A stretch of 26,645 nt of DNA from a virus (taxonomy: Duplodnaviria; Caudoviricetes). The stretch is from positions 1-26,645 of IMG/VR virus record IMGVR_UViG_3300035164_000153, one strand, 5' to 3'. The notes below the pieces were generated by a model. That model worked only from the letters and a program-made list of their open reading frames with translations. It was not told the DNA's origin and did no database searches. The position numbers and the translations under genes were made by a program. Of this stretch, positions 1 through 8,517 are shown one piece after another (position 1 is the stretch's first letter; each line of letters opens with the position of its first letter).

Positions 1-365
1 TTCGGCTTAGTCGTAGCCTTGGTCGTTGTTTTCTTCGGTGCTTTTACAAGGCTCATCTTGCCTTGACCAAGGAACTCCAACAACTTTCTCAGTCTGTTGA
101 TACCCTTGGTGTTGTTAGTCTTGGCTTGTTGTGAGAAACACTTCCTAGACTTCCATTCCCTTTGGGCTAGTTCACACTTTGCCCAAGCAACGACTTGAGC
201 TTTGGTGTCGGCTGACATCTCGACCTCGCCAAAGGTCTCTTTGTCGACTTGGTTGATAGCGATTGGCTTGTTGTTGCCGACCTTGATGGTCTTGGCACAA
301 GTACCGAAGTTCTTAGATGTGAAAGTTTCGACTACTTTCAGAGTCATTTTGCCAGATTTAGGCAT
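1..365 (-). CDS. Hypothetical Lys-rich protein, 3' end runs off the window (MPKSGKMTLKVVETFTSKNFGTCAKTIKVG...KAPKKTTTKATTKP)
   Basis: Translated manually. ATG at 365 has GGAG 6 nt upstream on the - strand, and the frame is open to position 1. It is absent from the ORF track because no stop lies within the window. Confidence 0.8.
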   Translation of the reverse strand, partial: MPKSGKMTLKVVETFTSKNFGTCAKTIKVGNNKPIAINQVDKETFGEVEMSADTKAQVVAWAKCELAQREWKSRKCFSQQAKTNNTKGINRLRKLLEFLGQGKMSLVKAPKKTTTKATTKP

Positions 366-493
366 AGCATTCTCCATGCGGTTGTAGTTACCCATTAGGG
401 ATAACTGGGTTAAGTTCGTCATTCCGAAAAACGACAAACGATTCATCATTTACTCCCCCCTATCCCCCTTTGGGGGACTATCGCTAAACTTCC

Positions 494-506
494 TAAACCT
501 TTGATA
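494..506 (-). promoter_or_regulatory. IHF consensus match (TATCAAAGGTTTA)
   Basis: Exact match to WATCAANNNNTTR on the - strand, in the non-coding region upstream of the terminase genes. Confidence 0.4.
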
Positions 507-638
507 TGATTAAGATTGTTGGTTATACTAGCAGTTAATTGCTAACCTATTACCACCTTTGGAAACATTAACGACTAAACGACTAACATTTTGCCCTAGA
601 TAGGCAACAAAAATCTAACAAAAACAACGACTTAGCGA

Positions 639-703
639 CAGAAAACTAGTTTTCTGACAACTAACAAACTAGTTTGTTAGTCTAGTGGGGCGGTAGCCCC
701 ACT
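639..703. repeat. Three adjacent inverted repeats; candidate packaging/terminus or operator site
   Basis: Perfect palindromes CAGAAAACTAGTTTTCTG (639-656) and ACTAACAAACTAGTTTGTTAGT (660-681), then hairpin AGTGGGGC-GGTA-GCCCCACT (684-703). Confidence 0.85.
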
Positions 704-789
704 CCGCCGACTGACTTCCTGGTCACTGTCACCCACCCCCACGAATTTTCGCACCAAAAATTGAAATCGTTGTAATAAAAATAAGACAA

Positions 790-821
790 GGACGATTAAA
801 CATGGTTAATTAAGGTATGTT
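790..821 (+). promoter_or_regulatory. GGACGAYT-type putative late promoter, copy 1
   Basis: GGACGATTAA at 790 and TATGTT 20 nt after GGACGA. The same motif recurs in three other intergenic gaps. Confidence 0.55.
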
Positions 822-840
822 TCTAATAAAGGAGAAGATT

Positions 841-1269
841 ATGGGTAAGTTTGTTAAAAAAAATCCGCACCCAACAAAAGGTTTTGGTCTACCGCCTGTA
901 ACTCCACAACAAGTAGACAGAGTTCGTCGCAGTGTTTTAGATGTTGTGCGAAATAAAATACCTGATGTGCGACTGGTTTTAGATGGCTCTAAAAAATGGG
1001 ACAATCAGCAAGTTAGATTGTTCGGCATGATGTTAAACAAAGTAATGCCAGACTTGCACCACAGTTTTAACGAGCACACTGTAGAAAATAAAAACATGGA
1101 CGAGCTAACTATAGAAGAATTACAAGAGATTGCTAAACAAGCCGAGACTTTAGAAGGAGAGTATCAAGATGCAAGTAACGAGAGTGGAAGCGGCGAGAAG
1201 ATTGCTACAGATAAACGAAACCAAGAAGAGCTTCCAAGGATTCGTGAAGGCACTAGCCCCTCAGTTTGA
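841..1269 (+). CDS. terS: Putative terminase small subunit
   Basis: Lies immediately upstream of and overlaps terL, and is a small helical protein with a C-terminal DELTIEELQEIA. The start is moved from 817 to ATG 841, which has an AAGGAG RBS. Function is assigned from synteny. Confidence 0.6.
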   Translation: MGKFVKKNPHPTKGFGLPPVTPQQVDRVRRSVLDVVRNKIPDVRLVLDGSKKWDNQQVRLFGMMLNKVMPDLHHSFNEHTVENKNMDELTIEELQEIAKQAETLEGEYQDASNESGSGEKIATDKRNQEELPRIREGTSPSV

Positions 1270-2782
1270 GCTTGCACCCTTTCAAGTAGAGCTTGTCGAT
1301 ACACTAGATAAATTAGAAAGAGGAGAGTTAAATGCTAAACGATTACTCATCACGATGCCACCAAGACACGGAAAGTCTTGGTTAGCCTCAACGCTATTCC
1401 CAGTATATTACCTAGCCAAGAAACCAAACAGAAATGTTTTGGCTACATCATACAACCAAGACCTCGCTAAAACCTTTGGTCGTCAGACCAGAGACCATGC
1501 GAGAGAGAAGATTGTTGAACAATCCTTCCCTGACTTTCGATTGTCTGACGAGTCTAGGGCTGTTGATGATTGGCGTACAACTGAAGGCGGCACTTATTAT
1601 GCTACGGGTATCGGTGGTTCTACTACTGGTAGGGCGGCGACTTTACTATTGGTTGACGACCCCATTAAGGCAAGAGAAGAAGCCGACAGTGCCACACAGC
1701 GAAACAAGACTTGGTCATATTACGTCAGTGCTCTTACAACTAGAAAGCAACCTGAACCAGATGGAACGTCGCCACTAGAGATTATGATACTCACACGTTG
1801 GCATGTTGATGATATTGCTGGACGACTAATGGAGACTGACGATTGGAAAGAAGGTGCTTGGCATCACATAAACTTCCCAGCAGTAAAGTTGGTGTCAGGT
1901 GGGATAAAGCAATCTGTTGCCTCACTGCCACCTGACGACCCAAGATATATACCAAGCGGCAAGCTAAGTACAGTGTCACCTAAAAAAAGATTTTATATAG
2001 AAGACAAAGAAGAAGCATTGTGGGAAGAACGCTTTCCATTAGAAGAACTTAAAAAACGTGAGCGACTAGACCCAAGAGAGTTTGCGTCACTTTACCAACA
2101 AAGCCCATTTATAAAAGGCGGTAACATTATAAAAGAGAACTGGTGGAGATACACAGATTCACAAGAGTGTTCTCAGATAATTATAGCGGCAGATACAGCG
2201 TTTAAGAAAACAGAGCAAGCTGATTTTTCTGTGCTGATGATTATGGGTGTCGATAGAAGCGGCGACATACACGTTATAGATGTCGTTCGTGGCAAGTACG
2301 ATTTTCCAGAACTAAAAAAACTATGTGTCACAGTAAATGCAAAATGGCGTGGCAAAGGGTTGAGAGGGTTCTATATCGAGGACAAAGCTAGTGGACAATC
2401 GCTAATTCAAGAGCTTCGAAAAGAGTCTGGCATATCTGTAATACCATTTAAAGTTAATCAGGATAAAGTTGCACGACTAAATGCTGTAACGCCATTGATA
2501 GAAGGTGGACGAGTCTTTTTGAAAAAAGATGTAACATGGCTTGACGACTTTATGAACGAGATGCAGTCATTTCCAAATGGTGCACACGACGACCAAGTGG
2601 ACGCACTGTCAATGGGACTTGATGTATGTTCAAGAATGGGAGGTGCTATGAGTGATATGTTTGACAGTTCCATAGATATGGCATCATCTTTAAATAAACA
2701 ATTTACGCCAACAACATCTGGCAACTGGTGGGACAAATATAAGAAGCCAGATTCTTGGCAGAAATCATGGGGCGAAATGTAA
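1169..2782 (+). CDS. terL: Terminase large subunit
   Basis: Walker A region MPPRHGKS, TGR motif, Walker B LLLVDDP, and RNase H-like nuclease acidic motifs AADTAF, DFS, IEDKASG and HDDQVDA. Confidence 0.97.
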   Translation: MQVTRVEAARRLLQINETKKSFQGFVKALAPQFELAPFQVELVDTLDKLERGELNAKRLLITMPPRHGKSWLASTLFPVYYLAKKPNRNVLATSYNQDLAKTFGRQTRDHAREKIVEQSFPDFRLSDESRAVDDWRTTEGGTYYATGIGGSTTGRAATLLLVDDPIKAREEADSATQRNKTWSYYVSALTTRKQPEPDGTSPLEIMILTRWHVDDIAGRLMETDDWKEGAWHHINFPAVKLVSGGIKQSVASLPPDDPRYIPSGKLSTVSPKKRFYIEDKEEALWEERFPLEELKKRERLDPREFASLYQQSPFIKGGNIIKENWWRYTDSQECSQIIIAADTAFKKTEQADFSVLMIMGVDRSGDIHVIDVVRGKYDFPELKKLCVTVNAKWRGKGLRGFYIEDKASGQSLIQELRKESGISVIPFKVNQDKVARLNAVTPLIEGGRVFLKKDVTWLDDFMNEMQSFPNGAHDDQVDALSMGLDVCSRMGGAMSDMFDSSIDMASSLNKQFTPTTSGNWWDKYKKPDSWQKSWGEM

Positions 2783-4680
2783 TGGCTAAATATAAAGACA
2801 TAAAAATAGAAAAGCACGATATGGTCTGTGACCTATCTAACCTTGCAGAGCCGTTACTAGCATACGAAGATATCTCAGACATGTTGTCCGACGAGCAAGA
2901 AACCAAGATGGTGGATTATGTTCGTGCGTTAACTAAAATGTCATACGAAAGAATCTCACGACGATACAGCCACTGGCGTGATGCAGACCGAGCACACGAC
3001 GTATGGGTTCCAGCCGACAGCACAAAATTTAGAGAGAAGGCAGTCGTTGCAGACACAAGAGCAATCGCTGACACAGTTTTGACATATTTGATGGCGGCAC
3101 TAGCTGGTCGTAATCCCATGTTCCAACTAGAGGGACTCAACAGAAAGTCTCGTAAATCGTCATTGATATTAGAAAGATTACTACACCAGCATATGCGTAG
3201 AACTGCTGGTGAAGCAAGAATAGCTCAGATGCTTATGGACAGCATACGTTATGGCTTTGCACCGACGAAGGTAATCTGGGACCCTCAATCAAACACAAAT
3301 CACATTGTAAACTTTGACCCACGCAAATGTTTTCCAGACCCAAGAGTTCAATGGGGCGACTGGGACAGAATGCAGTACGTCGTGTTTACAGACCACATAT
3401 CTACAAACGCATTGTATGGCTCGCCACATTATCCAAAGATTAGAAAATACCCAGGGTTACGTTCTAAACGTACCAGCAACTTTAAGTCTGGGTGGGACGC
3501 ACACAGATGGGTCAAAGAAGAAGGCAAGGGTCTGAACATAAATCCTGAAGACCCAAGGGGCGACGAGAACGGATACCACTTCACACTAGATGACACACGC
3601 ATAGTTGATGAAGCATGGGTCAGATTAAATGGATACGAAGTTGGCATTCCTCAGATAGAACAACTATGGGTCTGCTTAACAATCTTAGACGAAGAAGCAG
3701 TTATCAGATTCCAACTCAACCCATACGGAAGACAGTTTCCAGTAGCTTTTGGCGGTCTGTATAACGACCAACACAAAACATACAGTCAATCTTTGTATGA
3801 TTTACTGCTTCCAATGCACGAGATATCAACTTGGTTACTACGTTCAAGAATCGACAACGTACAAGCGGCACTAAACAATCTTATCTTCGTAGACCCTACG
3901 TCGGTAAGCGTTCCAGACTTGATAGACCGAAATCCTTGGGGTGTTGTAAGAACTTTGCCAGGGACAAAGCCAGGAGATGGCATATTCATAGCAGAAGTTC
4001 CAGACGTAACAAGAGGACATTGGAACGACATAGCCGCAATGTCAGACCTCAAGCAAAGAGTGAGTGCCGCATCAGATGCACAACAGGGCGTTCCAACTGC
4101 TGACGGCATACGAACTGCAACTGAAATACAACGACTAACGCAACTAGGCTCTCAACGACTAGGCGTGTTAGCCAGAATCTTATCAGCACAATCCATACGA
4201 CCAGTGGCTAGAATGATGGTGGCAAACTTACAAGATGCTCTTGAATATGAAGGCTCACTTAGAATGCAAGATGGAGCATCAGCACCTGGCGAACTAACAA
4301 ACATGATTGACGACGGATATTTAGACTTTGATGTTAGCATGTTACAAGGCGAGGTAGATTATCTCGTCGTAGATGGCACTTTACCAGTAGAGCCGACGAA
4401 GAACGCTGAAACTTGGCTAAACATGTTGCAAGTTATAGGACAGTCAGGTTTACAAATGGAATACAAAACAAGCAGAGTTATAGAAGAAGCTATCAGGGCT
4501 ATGGGAGTTAGTGACGTAGACCAGTTTAAGATAAGCAAAGAAGAATCAGCACAAGGCATGACACCATCACAGCAAATGTCACTCATGGAAAAAGCTCGTG
4601 GTGCTAACGTCATGCCAAACGAGCAGATGCAAAGTGAAATACAAAAAGGAAACTTAATACCAGCAAGGGAGGCTATGTAA
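2782..4680 (+). CDS. Portal protein
   Basis: About 630 aa, directly after terL (TAATG overlap at 2780-2784), with podovirus-portal-like segments FDPRKCFPDP, RIDNVQAALN and RTATEIQ. Confidence 0.85.
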   Translation: MAKYKDIKIEKHDMVCDLSNLAEPLLAYEDISDMLSDEQETKMVDYVRALTKMSYERISRRYSHWRDADRAHDVWVPADSTKFREKAVVADTRAIADTVLTYLMAALAGRNPMFQLEGLNRKSRKSSLILERLLHQHMRRTAGEARIAQMLMDSIRYGFAPTKVIWDPQSNTNHIVNFDPRKCFPDPRVQWGDWDRMQYVVFTDHISTNALYGSPHYPKIRKYPGLRSKRTSNFKSGWDAHRWVKEEGKGLNINPEDPRGDENGYHFTLDDTRIVDEAWVRLNGYEVGIPQIEQLWVCLTILDEEAVIRFQLNPYGRQFPVAFGGLYNDQHKTYSQSLYDLLLPMHEISTWLLRSRIDNVQAALNNLIFVDPTSVSVPDLIDRNPWGVVRTLPGTKPGDGIFIAEVPDVTRGHWNDIAAMSDLKQRVSAASDAQQGVPTADGIRTATEIQRLTQLGSQRLGVLARILSAQSIRPVARMMVANLQDALEYEGSLRMQDGASAPGELTNMIDDGYLDFDVSMLQGEVDYLVVDGTLPVEPTKNAETWLNMLQVIGQSGLQMEYKTSRVIEEAIRAMGVSDVDQFKISKEESAQGMTPSQQMSLMEKARGANVMPNEQMQSEIQKGNLIPAREAM

Positions 4681-4964
4681 TGACAATACCTGACCCAAAC
4701 AGCTTAAATCCTAAATTATCAGGGTCACAAAGAGACTACATCAAAGCAGTTGCAGAAAGCGTTACAAAGTTAGCGGTATCTGAACTTAGAAAAGAGTTTG
4801 TTGATTTACTCCGTAAGTCGAACGAACCACACACAACAGATGCAAAGGTCGATTCGATAATTAGAAAAATTGAACAATTAGAAGCAAGATACAAAGAGGA
4901 CGACAAGTTTACCCTAACCAGTGCTAAAATACAGGCACTCATGAAAGAAAAGGGTATTAAATAA
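4680..4964 (+). CDS. Hypothetical protein (94 aa, helical)
   Basis: TAATG-coupled at both ends. Confidence 0.75.
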   Translation: MTIPDPNSLNPKLSGSQRDYIKAVAESVTKLAVSELRKEFVDLLRKSNEPHTTDAKVDSIIRKIEQLEARYKEDDKFTLTSAKIQALMKEKGIK

Positions 4965-5479
4965 TGGCTTTTACCAGACCAACCACCGACCAGGTCAACT
5001 TTAGGTCAGCCACTACTGGCACACACTTATTAGACACTTACTTGGAAGGCTGTGAAAAAGGCGGGTTTACTTTACCAGTTTTGATGGACAATCTTTTTAG
5101 TTCTACTGGAGGTCTTAATCCAAACGCTATAACATTTAGGGTCAAACCAAACGACGTAAACAATACGTTTCAAGCTAGATTTGGTTTATATACTGACCCA
5201 AACCAAGGTTGGTTTGATACTAACCAGTTTTTCTTCAGGCAAAAAGGGGCTTATGCGGCTGGAACAGCTTATGAAAGACTGGACATGGTGCAGTCAGGTC
5301 AAAAAAGTTTTGTTTGCATTGAGGCACATACTGGACCAGCAGTCATTGACCAAACTAAATTCCAAGTTTTTTTCAATGGGGACGACTTATTCAATGAAAT
5401 AAGTCAATTTAGAATTAACAGTGAGCCACGAATAGATTTGTTAGAAGAGTTTGTTCTGCTCAAAATTGATGTTTTGTAG
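4964..5479 (+). CDS. Putative virion fibre adaptor: N-terminal domain paralogous to the 15732 tail fibre, plus a CBM5/12-like module
   Basis: Residues 26-83 align with residues 28-81 of the 15732..17567 protein. The C-terminal part contains YAAGTAYERLDMVQSGQKSFVCIEAHT. Confidence 0.6.
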   Translation: MAFTRPTTDQVNFRSATTGTHLLDTYLEGCEKGGFTLPVLMDNLFSSTGGLNPNAITFRVKPNDVNNTFQARFGLYTDPNQGWFDTNQFFFRQKGAYAAGTAYERLDMVQSGQKSFVCIEAHTGPAVIDQTKFQVFFNGDDLFNEISQFRINSEPRIDLLEEFVLLKIDVL

Positions 5480-5490
5480 GAGGTTTATAA

Positions 5491-8124
5491 ATGTCTACAT
5501 CAACTCTTAGAGAACTTGTCGAAGCTATAAAAACGCAAGGCAAGGCATTAGCTGGAGCATCAGGAGCCAGTGCCGCAACAGCACGAGACCTGGTATATTT
5601 ATCAACATCAGTCGAACGACTATTCGGGGCAGACGCAATACTAGAGCTAGTAGATAGTGCGGCTAAACCAGTTACAGTTGTAAGTGCGGCTCTTGCGTCA
5701 ACGCAAGCGGCTGACCTAACAGTGGACCAAGTCACAAAGACTGTTATCAAATTCACAAACACAAGCGGAACACACTCTGCAACAGACTTTACAGCAACAA
5801 TACCGAATCAAGGTGTGGCTTTCGTCGTAGACAACGAAATGCCAGTGCCAGTCAAATTCAAAACACTAGAGCAAACCACCAACATCATTTCGGTAGGTGC
5901 TGGCAAAAAAGGTTGGGTCTTCTGTAACGGAACAGTTGTAGAGCATGTAATTGATGTCGAAAGTATTACGAGTGCATTAACCTCCCCCACTCAGAATCCT
6001 GGAGACATGATTTACCGAGATGGTAAAGCAAGCGGAACTACAGAGTATTACAACGTCTATGTAAGAAACTATGGTGGTCAAAACCTATACTACTTTTCTC
6101 CTTACAGTGGCTACACAGGTATGGGTAGTACTTATAACTACAACAGAACACCTAACTTTGTTTTGTATCCAGGCGTTACCTATCGTTTTTACCAAGAAGA
6201 CGGCACAAATACTGGACACCCAATAAGGTTTTCAACAACACAGCACGGAACACACAACAGTGGTGCAGAGCTAACTGATATAAACAGTGACGGCACAGCC
6301 GATATTACCTACGTCGGAACTCCTGGAAGTTCAGGTGCATACACTCAGCTTGTTATACCAACAACAGGAACAAATGCCGCTACATTGTACTATTATTGTA
6401 GTAACCACAACCTGATGGGTGGCGACGGAGTTGTTTCAATACCTTCTAGTATTGGAGTGACAAAGTTACCAATAGGTTCTGCTCAACAAGTTTTGAGAGT
6501 TTCTGAAGATGGAAACAGACCTGAGTGGCAAAACGAATTTACAAGAGGCGGTGTCAATGTTGGGGCTTGTGCTCCTCCAAACGACGTTACAGGACTTTGG
6601 TCAGAAGGAAGGTACAGATTAGGAACTCATATTGAGAACGCTACAGACTATCCTCACGCCGCAAATAAGGGAACTTATACTTCAGGTCATCATGGCAACG
6701 AGCAAGGCTACAGAGGTTCAGCATGTCTTTATTGGGCAAATGGAAAAGCTAATGCTTCCGCATGGGGTCATACCAGCGAGGGCAGACAAACTATGGAGTA
6801 CGACAAGTACGAGCCATACAGTGGAGTTGTTCTGACTTATAACTATGGTTCAGCTATGGGCTTAGACGCAACACAGCCTAGTCAAGATTATTCAAAGTAC
6901 GGAACAAAACAAATTATCTCCGCTTACAACAATACAGCCCTATTGCTTGAAGACGGAAGTGTGTGGGTTACTGGAAGAGGAGACGAAGGTCAAATCGGAA
7001 ATGGAGCGGCGGCTGACAACTACGGATTTGCAAAAGTAAACATGCCAAGTGCGGCTGGACCGATAAGGCTCATAGCGTCTACAGTCACTTATCCAAACTC
7101 AAGTGTAACATTTGGTGCTCTAACAGAATCAGGAGATGTTTACCTCTGGGGCTACAATGGTCATGGGCAATGTGGAAGCTCCGCTGGAACAAACCAAAGC
7201 ACTCCAGTAAAACATGCTGGATTATCAAACATTGACTCGCTAGTTGGCGGAGGCGGTGGGCAGTATGGTCACTGGGCGGCTCTTGACACTAGCGGTAACT
7301 GTTTCACATGGGGTTACAACGGATACGGACAGCTTGGACATGGAAACACAAACAACACAGCAACAGCCACTCAAGTATCACCACAAGCTGGGGTTAAGGT
7401 AGCAAAAGTTCTGTGTGCTGGCGGAGGCTCTTACGGCAACACTTACTTTATGATGGCTAATGGTCGTTTATATGCCTGTGGATATAATGGCTACGGACCG
7501 ATTGGAGACGGCTCTACAACTCAAAGAAACAGCCCAGTTCTTGTATCTACTGTAGGCTTAGAGACTGGGAAGTATGTCGTAGACATATTTGCTCCAGGAG
7601 GAAGTTACTTAGATTCCACAAGAATGGCTCTGACAGAAAACGGCGACGTTTATGGTTGGGGACAAAATGCAAGAGGTTCTGTAGGAGTTGGAAACACATC
7701 TAACGTATACACACCACAGATTGTTCCTGAACTAAAATTCATCAGTCAGTTTACTTCTTCAGGAAGCACTACCAGCACATCATACTACTACAACAACTAT
7801 ATGGCTGTATGTCATACAAGTTTTGCTGACAGAATGAAGCGTATTAACGGCACAGTAAAGACTGCTGGTTACTCTTCTCCAGCAATGGGAAGGTATAACG
7901 TCGCAACAAACGAATCGACTTATAAGCCGATATATCTTGATGCGAGAGCTAGTGGAAGAGTTAGGTTTGCCTGGGCTTCTGGCTATCACACAAGTAGCAC
8001 ACAAGAGATGTCCAGATACTGCATAGATATGGACGGACGTTTGTGGGCTTGGGGATATTCTTCTAATGGCTCGACCTTTAACGATACTGGTGGAAGCAAC
8101 TATGTTCCATCTATTGGACACTAA
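5491..8124 (+). CDS. Fibre/receptor-binding protein with a cupredoxin-like domain and RCC1/BLIP-II beta-propeller repeats
   Basis: GGAGG RBS. Repeats GSVWVTGRGDEGQIG, GDVYLWGYNGHGQCG, GNCFTWGYNGYGQLG, GRLYACGYNGYGPIG, GDVYGWGQNARGSVG and GRLWAWGY. Also HP...YYYCSNHNLM. Confidence 0.8.
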   Translation: MSTSTLRELVEAIKTQGKALAGASGASAATARDLVYLSTSVERLFGADAILELVDSAAKPVTVVSAALASTQAADLTVDQVTKTVIKFTNTSGTHSATDFTATIPNQGVAFVVDNEMPVPVKFKTLEQTTNIISVGAGKKGWVFCNGTVVEHVIDVESITSALTSPTQNPGDMIYRDGKASGTTEYYNVYVRNYGGQNLYYFSPYSGYTGMGSTYNYNRTPNFVLYPGVTYRFYQEDGTNTGHPIRFSTTQHGTHNSGAELTDINSDGTADITYVGTPGSSGAYTQLVIPTTGTNAATLYYYCSNHNLMGGDGVVSIPSSIGVTKLPIGSAQQVLRVSEDGNRPEWQNEFTRGGVNVGACAPPNDVTGLWSEGRYRLGTHIENATDYPHAANKGTYTSGHHGNEQGYRGSACLYWANGKANASAWGHTSEGRQTMEYDKYEPYSGVVLTYNYGSAMGLDATQPSQDYSKYGTKQIISAYNNTALLLEDGSVWVTGRGDEGQIGNGAAADNYGFAKVNMPSAAGPIRLIASTVTYPNSSVTFGALTESGDVYLWGYNGHGQCGSSAGTNQSTPVKHAGLSNIDSLVGGGGGQYGHWAALDTSGNCFTWGYNGYGQLGHGNTNNTATATQVSPQAGVKVAKVLCAGGGSYGNTYFMMANGRLYACGYNGYGPIGDGSTTQRNSPVLVSTVGLETGKYVVDIFAPGGSYLDSTRMALTENGDVYGWGQNARGSVGVGNTSNVYTPQIVPELKFISQFTSSGSTTSTSYYYNNYMAVCHTSFADRMKRINGTVKTAGYSSPAMGRYNVATNESTYKPIYLDARASGRVRFAWASGYHTSSTQEMSRYCIDMDGRLWAWGYSSNGSTFNDTGGSNYVPSIGH

Positions 8125-8133
8125 GGAGGAAAC

Positions 8134-8517
8134 ATGTCAAAAATACCAAGTTACTCAGGAACAAAAGGCAAAGATGGGATTATAGAAGGTAGTTACCTTC
8201 CTACACCAAGAACTTTTGTGAAAATAGGAAAAATGCCAAAAACCTGGGGTTCAGAAAATGTGTCAGAAATGGGAATCACTCATTTGTTTTCTAAGGACGG
8301 AAATGACTGGGGGTCTGTTGACACTGCTATATTCAAGGCTGACTTAAAAAAGAAATACTCACTAACCGAGGAAACAAACAACTGGGTTATGAGCATGGCG
8401 TTAGAACTTGCACCAAAATGTAAGCCTTGGACCGCTGAAGAGAACGAAGATTGGGGCATCAAGGTTGACGCTGACAAAGTAGCGGCTGACCAAAAGACTT
8501 ACGAAGACTCTCTATAA
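8134..8517 (+). CDS. Hypothetical protein (possible fibre chaperone or accessory)
   Basis: Strong TAAGGAGG RBS; directly downstream of the fibre gene. Confidence 0.7.
   Translation: MSKIPSYSGTKGKDGIIEGSYLPTPRTFVKIGKMPKTWGSENVSEMGITHLFSKDGNDWGSVDTAIFKADLKKKYSLTEETNNWVMSMALELAPKCKPWTAEENEDWGIKVDADKVAADQKTYEDSL

Noticed and set aside
202-387. + strand 61-aa ORF
   Set aside because: It is the shadow of the longer - strand ORF (365 to <1), which has a good RBS; this one has a TTG start and no RBS.
396-413. TAGGGATAACTGGGTTAA resembles the I-SceI site / LSU rRNA segment (15 of 18 matches)
   Set aside because: No flanking rRNA similarity and no homing endonuclease in the window; most likely chance.
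1820-1829. GGACGACTAA inside terL (also GGACGACTTA at 5380 and on the - strand at 25991-26000)
   Set aside because: These lie inside coding sequence and lack a -10-like hexamer at the 19-20 nt spacing. The 5380 copy, ~110 nt before the fibre gene, remains ambiguous.
6900-8124. RCC1 repeats as evidence of eukaryotic origin or a diversity-generating retroelement target
   Set aside because: RCC1-like repeats are common in bacteria and phages. No reverse transcriptase or template/variable repeat pair was seen in the window.
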